From Camelus dromedarius (Eukaryota): a DNA stretch of 64,000 nt. Positions 53,009-64,000 of the stretch are shown here, piece by piece. The stretch covers positions 5,766,001 through 5,830,000 of the forward strand of contig NC_087436.1 in NCBI RefSeq assembly GCF_036321535.1, written 5' to 3'. The translations under genes were made by a program, and so were the position numbers. Every line of letters begins with the position of its first letter. The stretch's first letter is position 1. The notes under the pieces are model-generated. The model searched no databases. It was not told where the DNA came from and worked only from the letters and a program-made list of their open reading frames with translations.

Positions 53009-53428
53009 GTGTATATGAAACAGTGAAAATATTTTACTCTATTTTCAAATTTCATTATGTATAAATAACTATAATTAGAAGATTTAATACAGTATGTATT
53101 ATTATTGCAATTATTATTTTAAGCATGTGCAAATGTTTTGTGGGATTGTGTTATGGTGCTAGGATAAAATGTAAAATGATTTCAAATTATAATATGTTGC
53201 AGATTTTCTTAATTTAGACTGATATGTAAAAACTGAATAACGTAAAAGCCTTAAAAAATTATTTAAAAAACTACTCAACGAGTCTAGAGTTTAATAAAAT
53301 ATTTTTTAAAAGAAGCATAACAGAGACTTTGTAATAGAAAAATACAGATAAAATGTCCTGCCTATTCTAATTGTTCAAGTAAGTCTTTAAGGCCATTCTG
53401 CACACTTGTTTTCATCCCAAGAGCTTTT

Positions 53429-53531
53429 TTTTTTAATTGAGTTTTTTAAAATTTATTCAGTTTTTTATTGAAGTACAGTCAGTTACAATGTGTCAATTTC
53501 TAGTGTTAAAGGTTATTACAAGATACTGAAT
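53429..53531 (-). mobile_element. Very short L1 3' end, internally deleted, with TSD
   Basis: TSD aagagctttt at 53419-53428 and 53532-53541. Confidence 0.85.
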
Positions 53532-54449
53532 AAGAGCTTTTAAGTTTCTTCATTATTTTGCAACCGCAGGCACTTGGCACCAGAGCATCTCCATCTACTT
53601 GAAAGTGTCTCCTTTAGGCTCAGGAGATCCCACACTTCTCATTCCTTAGATCCTGTCTCACACCCCTCTTTCTGTCTAATTGTGAACCACCCTCTCCTGG
53701 GCTTTTGGTATTTTTCTCTTTTCAATCTCACTAAGAGAGAGAAACAGTGTTTTCTTTTCTTTTATTTCTAGCATGAGAGACAAGAGAAAATACATAAAAA
53801 TCCAGCAAGAGTCTAGGAAACCCCGGTGATAGCAGATTGGTATCAGGAGTGTCAAGAAAGGAGAAACACCAAACATGTAGATTTGGCATCGTTGGAAACA
53901 CTGGCAGGAGTAAATAAATCTTGAAGATGTTAAAGATTTGGTCCCAACACTGACAGCATTGGATTCCAATGATCCCCAATGTGCTTGATCCCCCAAAGAT
54001 GTCTGTGAAATTTCTCACACCTTACAAGTCTATTTTCAAAAACACCTAACAGTATTCTAAGGACTTACCCACCTAGATTCCCATAGAATTCCATAATCGT
54101 TCTCTACTCACAGTCAGGGAGGTATTACACTTAAAAGCCACGGGTGACCCCAGTGGGGACCAGACAACAGAAAAGGATACAAAGTCAAGAAGAGAAATTT
54201 CTCCCCCAAAAGAGGGCACACTGCAGTAGATGGAGGGTGGGTGGGTGGTGGGGAGCAATGAGCTGTGCTTGGTACCAAGAAATAGATCGTTGGAAAAGTT
54301 CGGGGGGATTTGTGCACTATTCCAGAAACCATCTCCGCTCAACTATCAGGGAAATACGGTTGTTTGTGGAAATAGGTGTGTGCCCGTGAAAAGCCGCACA
54401 GCTTACAGGTTTGCACAAGGGAGATGGGCATCTTGGTTGAAGATGTGGG

Positions 54450-54612
54450 GTTAGCCCCTTGTGGACTGTGTACCTTGGACCAGTTGTTTCCAGCTCTGGG
54501 CTTCAATTTCCCCATTTGCACCATGAAGGTAGGAATGCCATCTCTCTCTACTGCTGTCACAAATGTTAAATATGTTCCCTTAGGTGAGGGAGATACCTAG
54601 CACACTAGCATT
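54450..54612 (+). mobile_element. MIR SINE
   Basis: ctgtgtaccttggaccagtt..ctctgggcttcaatttccccattt MIR core. Confidence 0.75.
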
Positions 54613-54667
54613 TGTCGACTAAATAAATAAACCCAAAGGACAGGTGCCTTTTAGCATCAATACAGCT

Positions 54668-54880
54668 CTTTTTTTTTTTTTTTTTTTTTTAATTAAAGTA
54701 CTGTCAGTGACAATGTGTCAGTTTCTGGTGCACAGCACAATGTTCCAGTCATGCATATACATTCATATATTCATTTTCATATTCACTTTCATTAAAGGTT
54801 ATTATAAAATATTGAATATAGTTCCCTGTGCCGTACAGAAGAAACTTGCTTTTTCAGATCGATTTTTATATATAGCGGCT
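54668..54880 (-). mobile_element. Short lineage-specific L1 3' end
   Basis: poly(T), caatgtgtcagtttctggtg..attgaatatagttccctgtg; acagct on both flanks. Confidence 0.88.
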
Positions 54881-56081
54881 AACAGCTTTGTTCTTCCTCT
54901 TCTCAACTCCTCTGCCTTTCCGCTGAGCCTTCCACGGAATAAGGGAGGCCTCTCTCTGTTACTTCAAAGTGATTTCAAGAAGTCCTGTCGGCAGGAAGAG
55001 CGAGGACACACGGGGCATCTGAGAGCCCCTCCACAGACGGAGGGAACAATGGCACCCCTCTCCAATCCAAAAAGGAAGAAGACCTTCACACAGAAGTCCC
55101 GCACAGCACGTTCCTCCCACGGTGACATCTGCTGGGTCCAGACAGGACTGGATCACAGGCCTGTGCCAACATCTAGGGATTTTCAAAATTACTTGGAGAA
55201 AAAACAATTCCATGAAAAAAATAGGCCATCACACAACCAAGTCAAAAAGGACCATTCGCTTTGTCAATATTCAAGCCACTGCATCCTCACTTTATGCTGG
55301 GAAAGTCTGTGACATGCTATGTCGACAAACAAAGCTGGTTTTATTTGAAACCGATTCCAGCTCTATCAGAATGGAAAACGGGAAAGTTTCCTGTTGATGC
55401 AGAAACATAAAGTTATGGTTAAAAATTAAAAAGGGTTTGGGGCTTTGAGGGAGGCAATTCAGGAACCAGAGCTGCGCTGCCTATGGAAAATTAAATAATG
55501 ATAATAATATCGATTAAAAGATGGCTTTTTTTTTATCATCACAGTGCATTGACAAATTTAGATAATATCGGTGCTAAAATAGTCCTTCCCCACCCAAGTC
55601 TTTTGTGGGTCTAAATTCTAAATAATTTAGTAACACGAAATGGGCTACACACAATGCTTTCAGAGTAAGCTCCTAACAGTTTTGAAACAACTGAACTATT
55701 TTGGGCTGGAGCTTATGTCTCCAGTCCCTGTGCGATTAAACATCCCTGTATTTAAATAGTAGATTTGAAATAAACAACGGCGCCCTGATCCTAAAGAAAA
55801 AGATAGAGAACTTTACTTCAGTTCTAGCAGGCTTTGTATAAAAAGTTCTCTGAACCCTGAGGAATTCTCTATTTTTGGAAAACATTTCTTCATGGATCTC
55901 TCATGTCTCTCTTCCAAAATGCACGTTAATTTAGTGAAAAGTATTAATTCATTGCTTGTTTTAAAAAAATTCTATTTACTGATGCATACACAGATTTACA
56001 CACAAATTTCAAATTTCAAATAAAAGGAAATTTTCTCTCTGCACTTTTTTAATAATAATAAATTATTATTTACTTTATTTC

Positions 56082-56474
56082 ATGAGTATCTTGCTAAGGC
56101 TTCTGTAATAAAATCTTACAGACTGGGTGGCTTGAATAACAGGGTTTTTTTTCTTGTATTAAATTCTGGAGGTTGGAAGCCCAAGTTCAAGGTGTCAGCA
56201 GATTAAATCTGTTTTAAGGGCTTTTCTCTCTTTGGCTTCAGATGTCTACCTTCTCCCTGTGTCCCCACCCAATCACCCCTGGATCTGTGTCCTAGTCTCC
56301 TCTTCCTATAATGTCACCAGCCATCTAGAGAGGAGCCCACCCTTGTGAGCTCATTTTACTTTACTTACTTCTATAAAGGTCCTGTCTCCATGTACAGCCA
56401 CATTTTGAGGTGCTGGGGTTAGGAGTTCAGCCTATGCATGGTGTGGTGGGGGAGACACAGACGAGCACATGACA
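56082..56474 (-). mobile_element. MLT1-type MaLR solo LTR
   Basis: acagactgggtggcttgaataacag..ttctggaggttggaagcccaagttcaaggtgtcagcag..gaggtgctggggttagga. Confidence 0.88.
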
Positions 56475-56630
56475 GACCGTGTGTTAAAACTGATCCAATC
56501 CACTTGTGAAGTTGCTCAGTCCACCACTGATAGATTTCGGAGTACTTACCTGAGTTTATATTTGTAAGAAAGAAATTTCTGTTAGAATTGATTTTCCTGA
56601 GAGCCAGCACTCACTTTTCTAGCCAATCTG

Positions 56631-56695
56631 TTTTTTTCAATTGAACTATAGTCAGTTACAGTGTGTCAATTTCTGGTGTACATCATCGTGTTTTT
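56631..56695 (-). mobile_element. Minimal L1 3' terminus
   Basis: ttttttcaattgaactatagtcagttacagtgtgtcaatttctggtgtaca. Confidence 0.75.
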
Positions 56696-56799
56696 TAATA
56701 TTGTGACGATGCAAAGTCCTGTTGTTCCACTGGGGAGCTGTTGCGGCAGATGGCCAGGAGAATGTGTATCTTCATCAGGACAAGAGTTACTCTGGTGTG

Positions 56800-57170
56800 G
56801 GGCTAGACTCAGAACCAGGTAGCCTTTCCCCAGTCAAGTAATCCTGGTAAGCTGACTTCTCATGCCTCAGTTTTCTTCTTGGCCAAATGAAGATGCATTC
56901 GTCCAGCCGAAACTCAGGAGCAGTGAGCTTCATGCCAGGCACTGTTCTAGACACTTGGGATCCATCAGCGTGCTCAACACAGACCTTTGCTCTCGTGGGA
57001 TATTAGAATGTGGGTGAGCGCTGCGGCAAAGAGAAAAAGGAAACAACATGAGGGACGGGGTGGAAGGGGGGCCACCTCAGATAAAGCGATCAGGGTCAGC
57101 ATCATCAAGGAAGTTAGATTAGCAAACAGACTAGCAGAAAGATGCTCAGCTGTGAGCCACGTGAAGAAGT
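56800..57170. mobile_element. Adjacent MIR and L2 fragments
   Basis: tgcctcagttttctt (MIR core), then atgccaggcactgttctagacacttggga (L2 3' end, antisense). Confidence 0.65.
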
Positions 57171-58792
57171 GGTCTGCGCAGCTCTGCCCACAAATAATAA
57201 GGCACGTCTATTACGTGTCTGTTTGTTTGTCAATTTTTGCATGCTCCACTTACTCAGCCTGTGTGATGGTCAGTTAATTAATCATGCAGACGTGTCCCAG
57301 AAGTCCTAGAATCAAAAATGCTCAGTTGGAGAATTACAAGTCTAGGGGTAGGCTGTTGTCAGTTTCATTTTCTAACATGGTGCGCTCACTATATTTAGGC
57401 ATGTGTAGACATTAAATAAAAGAGGGGGAAATGTGTGTGCTTAGTTTTTTTTTTAAGTGCACCTGTTTGTGTATCCGGGTGTGGAAAGTAGGTAGTGGGT
57501 GCGGGGGCAGGTGTGCACTTCCAGAGATCACACGTGCGTGTGCTAACTATGAACTTTGTAGCACTTTTTCGTAAAGAGCTTTGTAATTAGAAATCAATGA
57601 GAAAGGTGCTAAATTCTTTCAGGAATCATTCTTAGGTTCAGTGAACTGAAAAAAGATCATTTCAAACCAACAAATAAGTCTCTGAATTTTTTAACGAAAG
57701 CTCTGCTTTTTGGAATGAATTATGCATCGCCTCAAGGGCTTCATTTGATATGTTCTGCATTTGTCCTTCTGGACATTTCCATAAGACCGTCTCTGAATGA
57801 AAGATTGTGTGCTTTTCAGAGAAAAAAAGTGAATAAGAAATTACTCACTAAATATTTCACAAGAGAAGGAGTTTTAAGCATCAAGTATATTAGTTATGAG
57901 AAATCATATATTGTATTTTTGAACTCGGAGCATTTATCAGCTTGGACTGTGAAATATTTTTATTAAATCATTTGTGTATGTGTAAGCAAGCATCAAAAGT
58001 ATGTATAGTGCAATCAATAAAAGAACTCAACTGTAGAAAACAGAAAGCGAATAATTGTGCAGTAAAAACAGTAGCTCGTGGTTTTTATTAATCACATAGA
58101 TAGTATGTTAATAAGTATTCTAGTATTTAGTGGAAGTGTTTGGAATTTCTAAAAATTCTGAAAACTATGTAGGACTAAATTGAATACAACTGTATATATG
58201 TGTAACTGTATATAAATGTAACTGTAGGTTATATTTTACATATGCTATGGTTATACTTTAAATGAATATTGTCTGGTTAAAATGTCTCTGACAGATTCTT
58301 TTCTTCATCCTCTTTTCTTTTCCTGTCGTATTCCCTCACCCTCAGAAACAATGAATGTATATTTTAGGTGCAAGTAGCATCTTTGATAACATTAATGGAA
58401 GTATATGTGTTTTTAACTCATCTGTCCTAAATATTTTTGTCTGTCCCTTTGGGAATCTTTCTACTGTTCGCAGAACTTGGAACATTCCTGAAACCATTCA
58501 GAGCAGCCTCATATCTGATAAATGTCTGAGTTTTTCATTTAGAAACGTCCAGAAGAGCTGATTGGATGGCTATGGGTTCTGTTTGTTAGCATATTTGACA
58601 CAAGGTGACACCTGGGAAGGGTCTCTGGGCTGGAAACTTGACATGGACAGGATGCTCCCCTGTTAGCAGAAGCTCAGAGAGGGATCCGATTTCCACCTCT
58701 GAAAGATTAAGCACCACCTCTGGGAAGGAACTTCCCTTCACCAGGACAGTGCCAAGGATCAGCCCAGATGCTGGACCTAAGCTGTAGGGAGA

Positions 58793-58901
58793 GAGGCGGG
58801 GCCACACCAGACTGACCAATGGGAGGCCCTGAACGTGAGTGACCCGAATCCCGACGAGAAACATGTGAGAACAAGCCTGCTGCTTTCCTGAGGGGCGTGG
58901 C
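58793..58901 (+). promoter_or_regulatory. GC-box / CCAAT-box / GC-box cluster, promoter-like
   Basis: GAGGCGGGGC 58793-58802, GACCAATGGG with CCAAT at 58816-58820, GGGGCGTGGC 58892-58901. Confidence 0.4.
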
Positions 58902-59379
58902 CTGTGTGCTCACCGATCAGCTGCAACTGAGGTTCCCATCCAGGCCAAGGACTCGAAGCTCCGAAAGCACCCACACGCTGGCTTGGACATCATTCGAATG
59001 CGTTTTCTGTCTTCGCCCCGTAGTGTCATCCCACAGTTAACTGACTGCTGTGCCAAAATTTATAAGTAGGGTAGGTATTTATCTAATTAGATCATACTGG
59101 TTGAATTTTGACATATAAAAAAAAATGTGTCCATCTATTCTCTTGGAGATTGTCTTAAAGGATAATTTCAAATAATTGCTGGATTATTTATCCCTATCTC
59201 TGCAAAGATAGCATTGCCATTTTCTGTGTATCCTAAGATTCACGTGCATGTGTGTATGTCTGTATAGGGATGTGTGTGTGTGTGTATGTGAATCTTCTTG
59301 TTGCCCCTAAAAAAGAACAAAACAAAGATCCAAAAGACACTGAGAAGCAGCATCATGTTACCGGTAAGAACTGGTAAGT

Positions 59380-59555
59380 TTGAAGTCCTGGAATCAGATA
59401 GAACTTGGTTGAATTTCAGCTCCGCCTTTTGTTAATAACATGCCGTTAAGACAGCTCTCAGCCTGAGCTTCCCCTGACTCTTCTGGAACCTCAGAAAATA
59501 GCACGTGTCTCTGGGGCTGTCGTGAGGGGTCAGGTAATCCATGTGCGTAAAACAG
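59380..59555 (+). mobile_element. MIR SINE
   Basis: ctggaatcagatagaacttggttgaatttcagctccgcc..ctgagcttcc..ggctgtcgtgagg. Confidence 0.7.
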
Positions 59556-60175
59556 CCTCGTGTTCTGCAGCTTCTCCCTTTCTTGGTCCATCTTTGCTAA
59601 AGATTTTTTTTTTTTTTTCCATATAGTTGTTACATCCTGTTGTTCTGTGAAGTGAGAGTCCTGCGCTCACCGACAGTGCGGGTAGGCAATCCACTTGCAT
59701 GGAAGCAGCCTGGAAGGAAGCATTCAAAGCTGCTTTCCGTGATGCTCTCTCAAGACGGAGTGTGGGTGGGTGGGGCTGGGGGCAGGCACAGACGTGGTTT
59801 GGGATTGTACCATCCATATTGTTAGATTTTGTTCTAACAATTAGCGTGCGTTCACATATGGTTTGAGCAATTTTAAATAAATTAACATTCAGGGCAAATA
59901 TAAGATGCACTTAAAATTAGTGAAGCGATCTTTTGAACACCACGTACAGCGAGGAAAATTAGCAACAGAAAAATACTGTCTTTCTTTTTGTGTGTACGTG
60001 TGTATTTTCTCTATTTTTTTAAAATTAAATATAGGTTCTGTTTGTTTTTCTAATAAAGAAATGTAACTTTTTAAACAGTGTAACTGAATCCTTGGTGCAC
60101 TCATCTTTTTCAGTCATTAGATGATGGAAATACCTGCGGAAGCAGTTGGCAGGTGTGCGACCTTGTGATTTAGTA

Positions 60176-60826
60176 CACACATACCACAACTGCTTAATGC
60201 ATTCATCCGCTGATGGACACTTCGGTTGCTTCTGGATCTTGGCTGTTATAAATAATGCTACTGTGAACATGGGAGCACAGATATATTTTCTAGTTAATTA
60301 TTTTGTTTCCCTTGAACATATTCCCAGGAGTGGGATTGCTGGATCAAATGAGAGTTCTATTTTTAATTTTTTGAGGAATCTCCATACTGTTTTCCATAAT
60401 GGCTGCACCCATTTACATTCCCACCAACAGTGCACAAGGGTTGCCTGTCTTCCACATATTTACCAGCACTTGTTATCTCGTCTTTTTCATGATGGCCATT
60501 GTAACAAGTGTGAAGTGACATATCGTTGTGGTTTAATTTGTGTTTCCCTAATTACTGATGACTTTGGGCATCTTTTCATGTGCCTTTTGGCCATTTGTAT
60601 GTCTTTGGATAACGTCTATTCAGATCCTTTGCCCATTTTAATGGAATTATTTGTTTTTTCTTTTCTTTTGCTATGGAGTTATACGAGTTCTTTATATATT
60701 TTGGGTACTTACCCCTTATCAGAGATACGGCTTGCAGATATCTTCTCCTGTTCTGTAAATTGTCTGCTCACTTTGCTGATGAGTTATCTTGCTGTGCTGA
60801 AGCTGTTTAGTTTGATGTAGTCCCCA
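60176..60826 (-). mobile_element. L1 ORF2 C-terminal fragment
   Basis: Minus translation MFTVALFITAKIQKQPKCPSADECIKQLWYV is the L1 ORF2 C-terminus. Confidence 0.93.
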
Positions 60827-61022
60827 AACCACTCCTCTTAAACCTCCAATGTACCGCCAAGGAAGTATGTGTCTGCAGAGCATGCCAATAAAGCACAGAG
60901 GAAAGAATTAAATTATTGGATGCTTGTGACAACTTAAAAACCAACACTAATGCTTTTTGAGTGCTTCATATGTGTCAGTGTTAAAGGTATTGCATACCTT
61001 ATTTTTTAAAATACCCTCAGCT

Positions 61023-61761
61023 AGGAGACAATGTGGATTAAAGGGAACCCTCTTATGCTGTTGGTGGGAATGTAGTTTTGTGCAGCCATTATGGAAAACA
61101 GCATGGAGATTCCTCAAAAAATTAAAAATAGACTTAAAACATGATTAAGCAATTCTACTCCTGGCCATATATCTGGAGGAAACCTTAATTCAAAAAAAAA
61201 AAAAAATACACGCACCCCAATGTTCATAGCAGCACATTTACAATAGCCTAGACATGGAAACAACCCAAATGTTCATTGACAGATGATTGGATACAGAAGA
61301 TGTGGTATATTTATACAATGGAATACTACTCAGCCATAGAAAATGTCATTTGCAGCAACATGGATGGACCTGGAGATCATCATTCTAAATGAAGTAAGTC
61401 AGAAAGAGAAAGAAAAAAATACCATATGATATCATTTATATTTGGAATATAAAAACATAACAAATGGATTTTTTATAAAATAGAAAGAGACTCAAGACAT
61501 AGAAAACAAACTTGTGATTACCAGAGGGGTAAAGGGGTGGAGGGCTAAATTGAGAGTTTGAAATTTGCACATACACACTAATATATGTAAAATAAATAAA
61601 CAATAAGTTTCTACTATATAGCACAAAGAACTATATTCAATATCTTATAATAACCTATAGTGAAAAGAATGTGAAAAAGAATATATATATTCATAACTAA
61701 ATTACTATGCTGTATGCCAGAAATTAACACACCATTGTAAAGCGACTATACTTCAATAAAA
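61023..61761 (+). mobile_element. 5'-truncated lineage-specific L1 with TSD, inserted into a MIR
   Basis: [32 protein letters not shown]2 end plus 3' UTR; TSD aaaataccctcagct / aaattaccctccgct. MIR-like sequence continues to about 61930 (gggtctgtctgatgccaaagcc). Confidence 0.93.
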
Positions 61762-62970
61762 AAATTACCCTCCGCTGTGTACTATGAGGCTAGTACTTGT
61801 ATTATCCACCGATCATAAAGGAGGGTAATGCAACTTTGCAAAGTTTAGACACTTGCTTGAAGGTTCTGTGACCACTAAATGGCAAAACCAAAAGAAGGAC
61901 TAGGGTCTGTCTGATGCCAAAGCCTGTAATGGTGCACACATTTTGAGGATGAGCGGAATAAAAGTAATTTAAGATACTTAAAAATTGGTCTTGATGATTG
62001 TTTTAAAGTCGTAAAGCTATCTGTATAAGATACCTCCCCTAAAACCACTAAGCTATAAGAAAACGTTCAGTAAAAACCAAGTATAGACTCTAGGACAGAT
62101 TATGTAAGAAGAATTAGAATTAGGAGCCAAAATTTTGGAGTATTTCATCTTCAGTTCATAATTGTTTAGATTATAATCAGTAGATAAATATTTTAATGTA
62201 ATATTGCAAGAGTTGTTTTTGGTATCTGTTTTTAGTATCTTCCTACATAAGTAAATATTTCGCTTTTTTTTTGGATAAAATGTCAGACTGACAGCTGTCT
62301 ACCGTATTTGACTATCATCGCTCTTTTTAAAAATTGGGTGTGAGAAAAAAAAAAAACAATACCCTTGAACATACTCAGGCATAATTAAAGTCATTATGTT
62401 GTTTCAGGTCTTTTACTTTATTACATTGCTCTACTGCCTGTAGCATCTGTTACAATGTATTGATTTATTAGGCTCTAGTTAGAAAACAATTGCTTCTTTC
62501 CACATTATAAATTTAGCCGAACGTTATATTTAAATTAAGAGCAAGAGGGTTTCTTGGTCCTAAAATTTAAATGCCGGAGAGAACATAGTTTTAAAAATAT
62601 GTTTTATGTTAGTCTAGTTTGATAGTTTTTTTTTTTAATTAACAAAAAACAAAAAAAGTTTTTTTTTTTAATTAATAAGAAAAGGTGGTTGGAGAGAAAC
62701 AAAGCATTTAAAAGATTTTTCAGAAATCAAAGGGTCTTTGGGTTTTTAAAAATAAGAAGATTTTGGTAATTCTCTTACTGTTCTTTAAGACTGAAGATTT
62801 TTATCTTATATTTTTAATTGAAACTTGCCACTGAAATGGTGACAGCGGGAACACAGAGGACAGGTAGAAAGGGAAGGTAAAACTAAGGCGTTTTTCTGAC
62901 CAGATTATCAATAGCTGTGTTAGGCTGTAAGTCACATGATAACATATTTTGTTCCTGTTGATGCCCCCAA

Positions 62971-63002
62971 TACACACACACACACACACACGTGTGTGTA
63001 CA
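62971..63002. repeat. (CA)n followed by (TG)n alternating purine-pyrimidine tract
   Basis: tacacacacacacacacacacgtgtgtgtaca. Confidence 0.9.
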
Positions 63003-64000
63003 TAGATAAATATAGGAAAAAATGTTTTTCCTACAAAATTTCATATTAAGTATGCAGATAATGATTTTATGTCATATCAACTAACTAATGTATGGACAAA
63101 TAAAGCAAGATACAAAAAAAAAAGAGTTTGGGGGAACTAAGCTGAAAGTCAACAGGAAAAACTGAAACTTACATAGTAGAGATGTCAGGGAACAAATACT
63201 AATTTCTGAGGTTAAGAGGTAAGCAGCAAAACTGAGGTCAAGGGTTCAGGACTAGTGGAAGATGTGGTTGGCGTCCACAGAACTTGGGTATTAGTGAGGG
63301 AGGTAAAGGCAGCATCAGTTGCTGCGCGGATCGTTAGGAAACAAGCTCACAGCGACCTGCGGTAGAACAGCATGGAGCTTACATGGGTACAGGTGACTTA
63401 CAGCATTAAGGCTACGAGAGGTCGGACGCAACTAGTGGCTTTGAGATCAGAAGGTGAGATCCACAGAAGTGGGTGAATAGAAGGGAAAAAAATGTTTGTA
63501 GTAATCCTTCTATGTGGGTGAAATTTGAGTTACACTGAGTGGGAGAGATGGTGAGTAGAGAACATAATGAAGATGAAGGGATGAGCGGAGAGGGGTGATG
63601 TCTGGTCTGTACATGCATAAGACAGGTGGCTTTGCCTCACCAAAGCACAGGGTGCACTTTAAGGACTATTGGGCTACATGGTGAAAAGGTGGTTTACAAC
63701 AAAATGATACTAGGAATCTTCCCACAAATGTTTTTTAAGTGTATCATTAATAAGTGCGTCATTTAATGGTGTGCTATGCTGCACTTTAAGGGCAAACTAA
63801 TTCAGTAATGGTATTGAATAGGTGGTTCTGTCATTTTACTCAAATTACACTAGGCAGTGAAAACTGAATGCCTACGTTTCCAACTCCAAATTGACATTTT
63901 TAGCAAAGCTCAGAAGTAGTCATCACTTAGGATCATTGCTTTAATCATTTGCTATCACGTTTCCTCCCATTTTTAAATATGTTTAATATACTTTTATCTT

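Noticed and set aside
53771..54060. Strong plus-strand acceptor (tttctttatttctag|) followed by exon-like sequence
   Set aside because: All three frames hit stops within about 20 codons, and no partner exon supports it. A non-coding exon cannot be excluded.
54644..55312. 222-aa plus-strand ORF
   Set aside because: It has a non-ATG start and runs through the poly(T) and body of an antisense L1 end; the remainder resembles no protein I know.
56529..56575. Perfect minus-strand donor CAG|gtaagt
   Set aside because: The upstream acceptor is weak and the site lies between an LTR and an L1 remnant; an isolated consensus donor is expected by chance in 64 kb.
60146..60820. 224-aa plus-strand ORF, the longest in the track
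   Set aside because: It is the antisense reading of an L1 ORF2 fragment, a common artefact.
1..64000. CRISPR arrays, operons, defence systems or other prokaryote-type novel systems
   Set aside because: The sequence is mammalian and repeat-rich, with no regularly spaced repeat-spacer array and no gene-dense coding structure.

Overview
This is AT-rich mammalian genomic DNA, not prokaryotic. Seven tRNA-derived SINEs resembling the camelid vic-1 family, plus many related L1 3' ends, point to a camelid host (alpaca, llama or camel; inference). The window is dominated by transposon fossils: a decayed ERV-L pol region with a nested Tigger1-like element and an MLT2 LTR remnant (1-3.1 kb), two multi-kb decayed L1s (10.5-13.5 kb +, 18.5-24 kb -), solo LTRs, MER2-type MITEs, MIR/L2 fragments and several microsatellites. 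I recognise no intact protein-coding gene, RNA gene, CRISPR array or novel multi-gene system, and most long ORFs in the track are repeat artefacts. The best non-repeat leads are a possible minus-strand terminal exon at about 43.1-43.3 kb near a perfect RFX X-box, a frame-compatible set of upstream micro-exon candidates, and several promoter- or enhancer-like motif clusters. All of these are unverified. Repeat family names come from recalled consensus sequences, not a database search, and most repeat boundaries are approximate.
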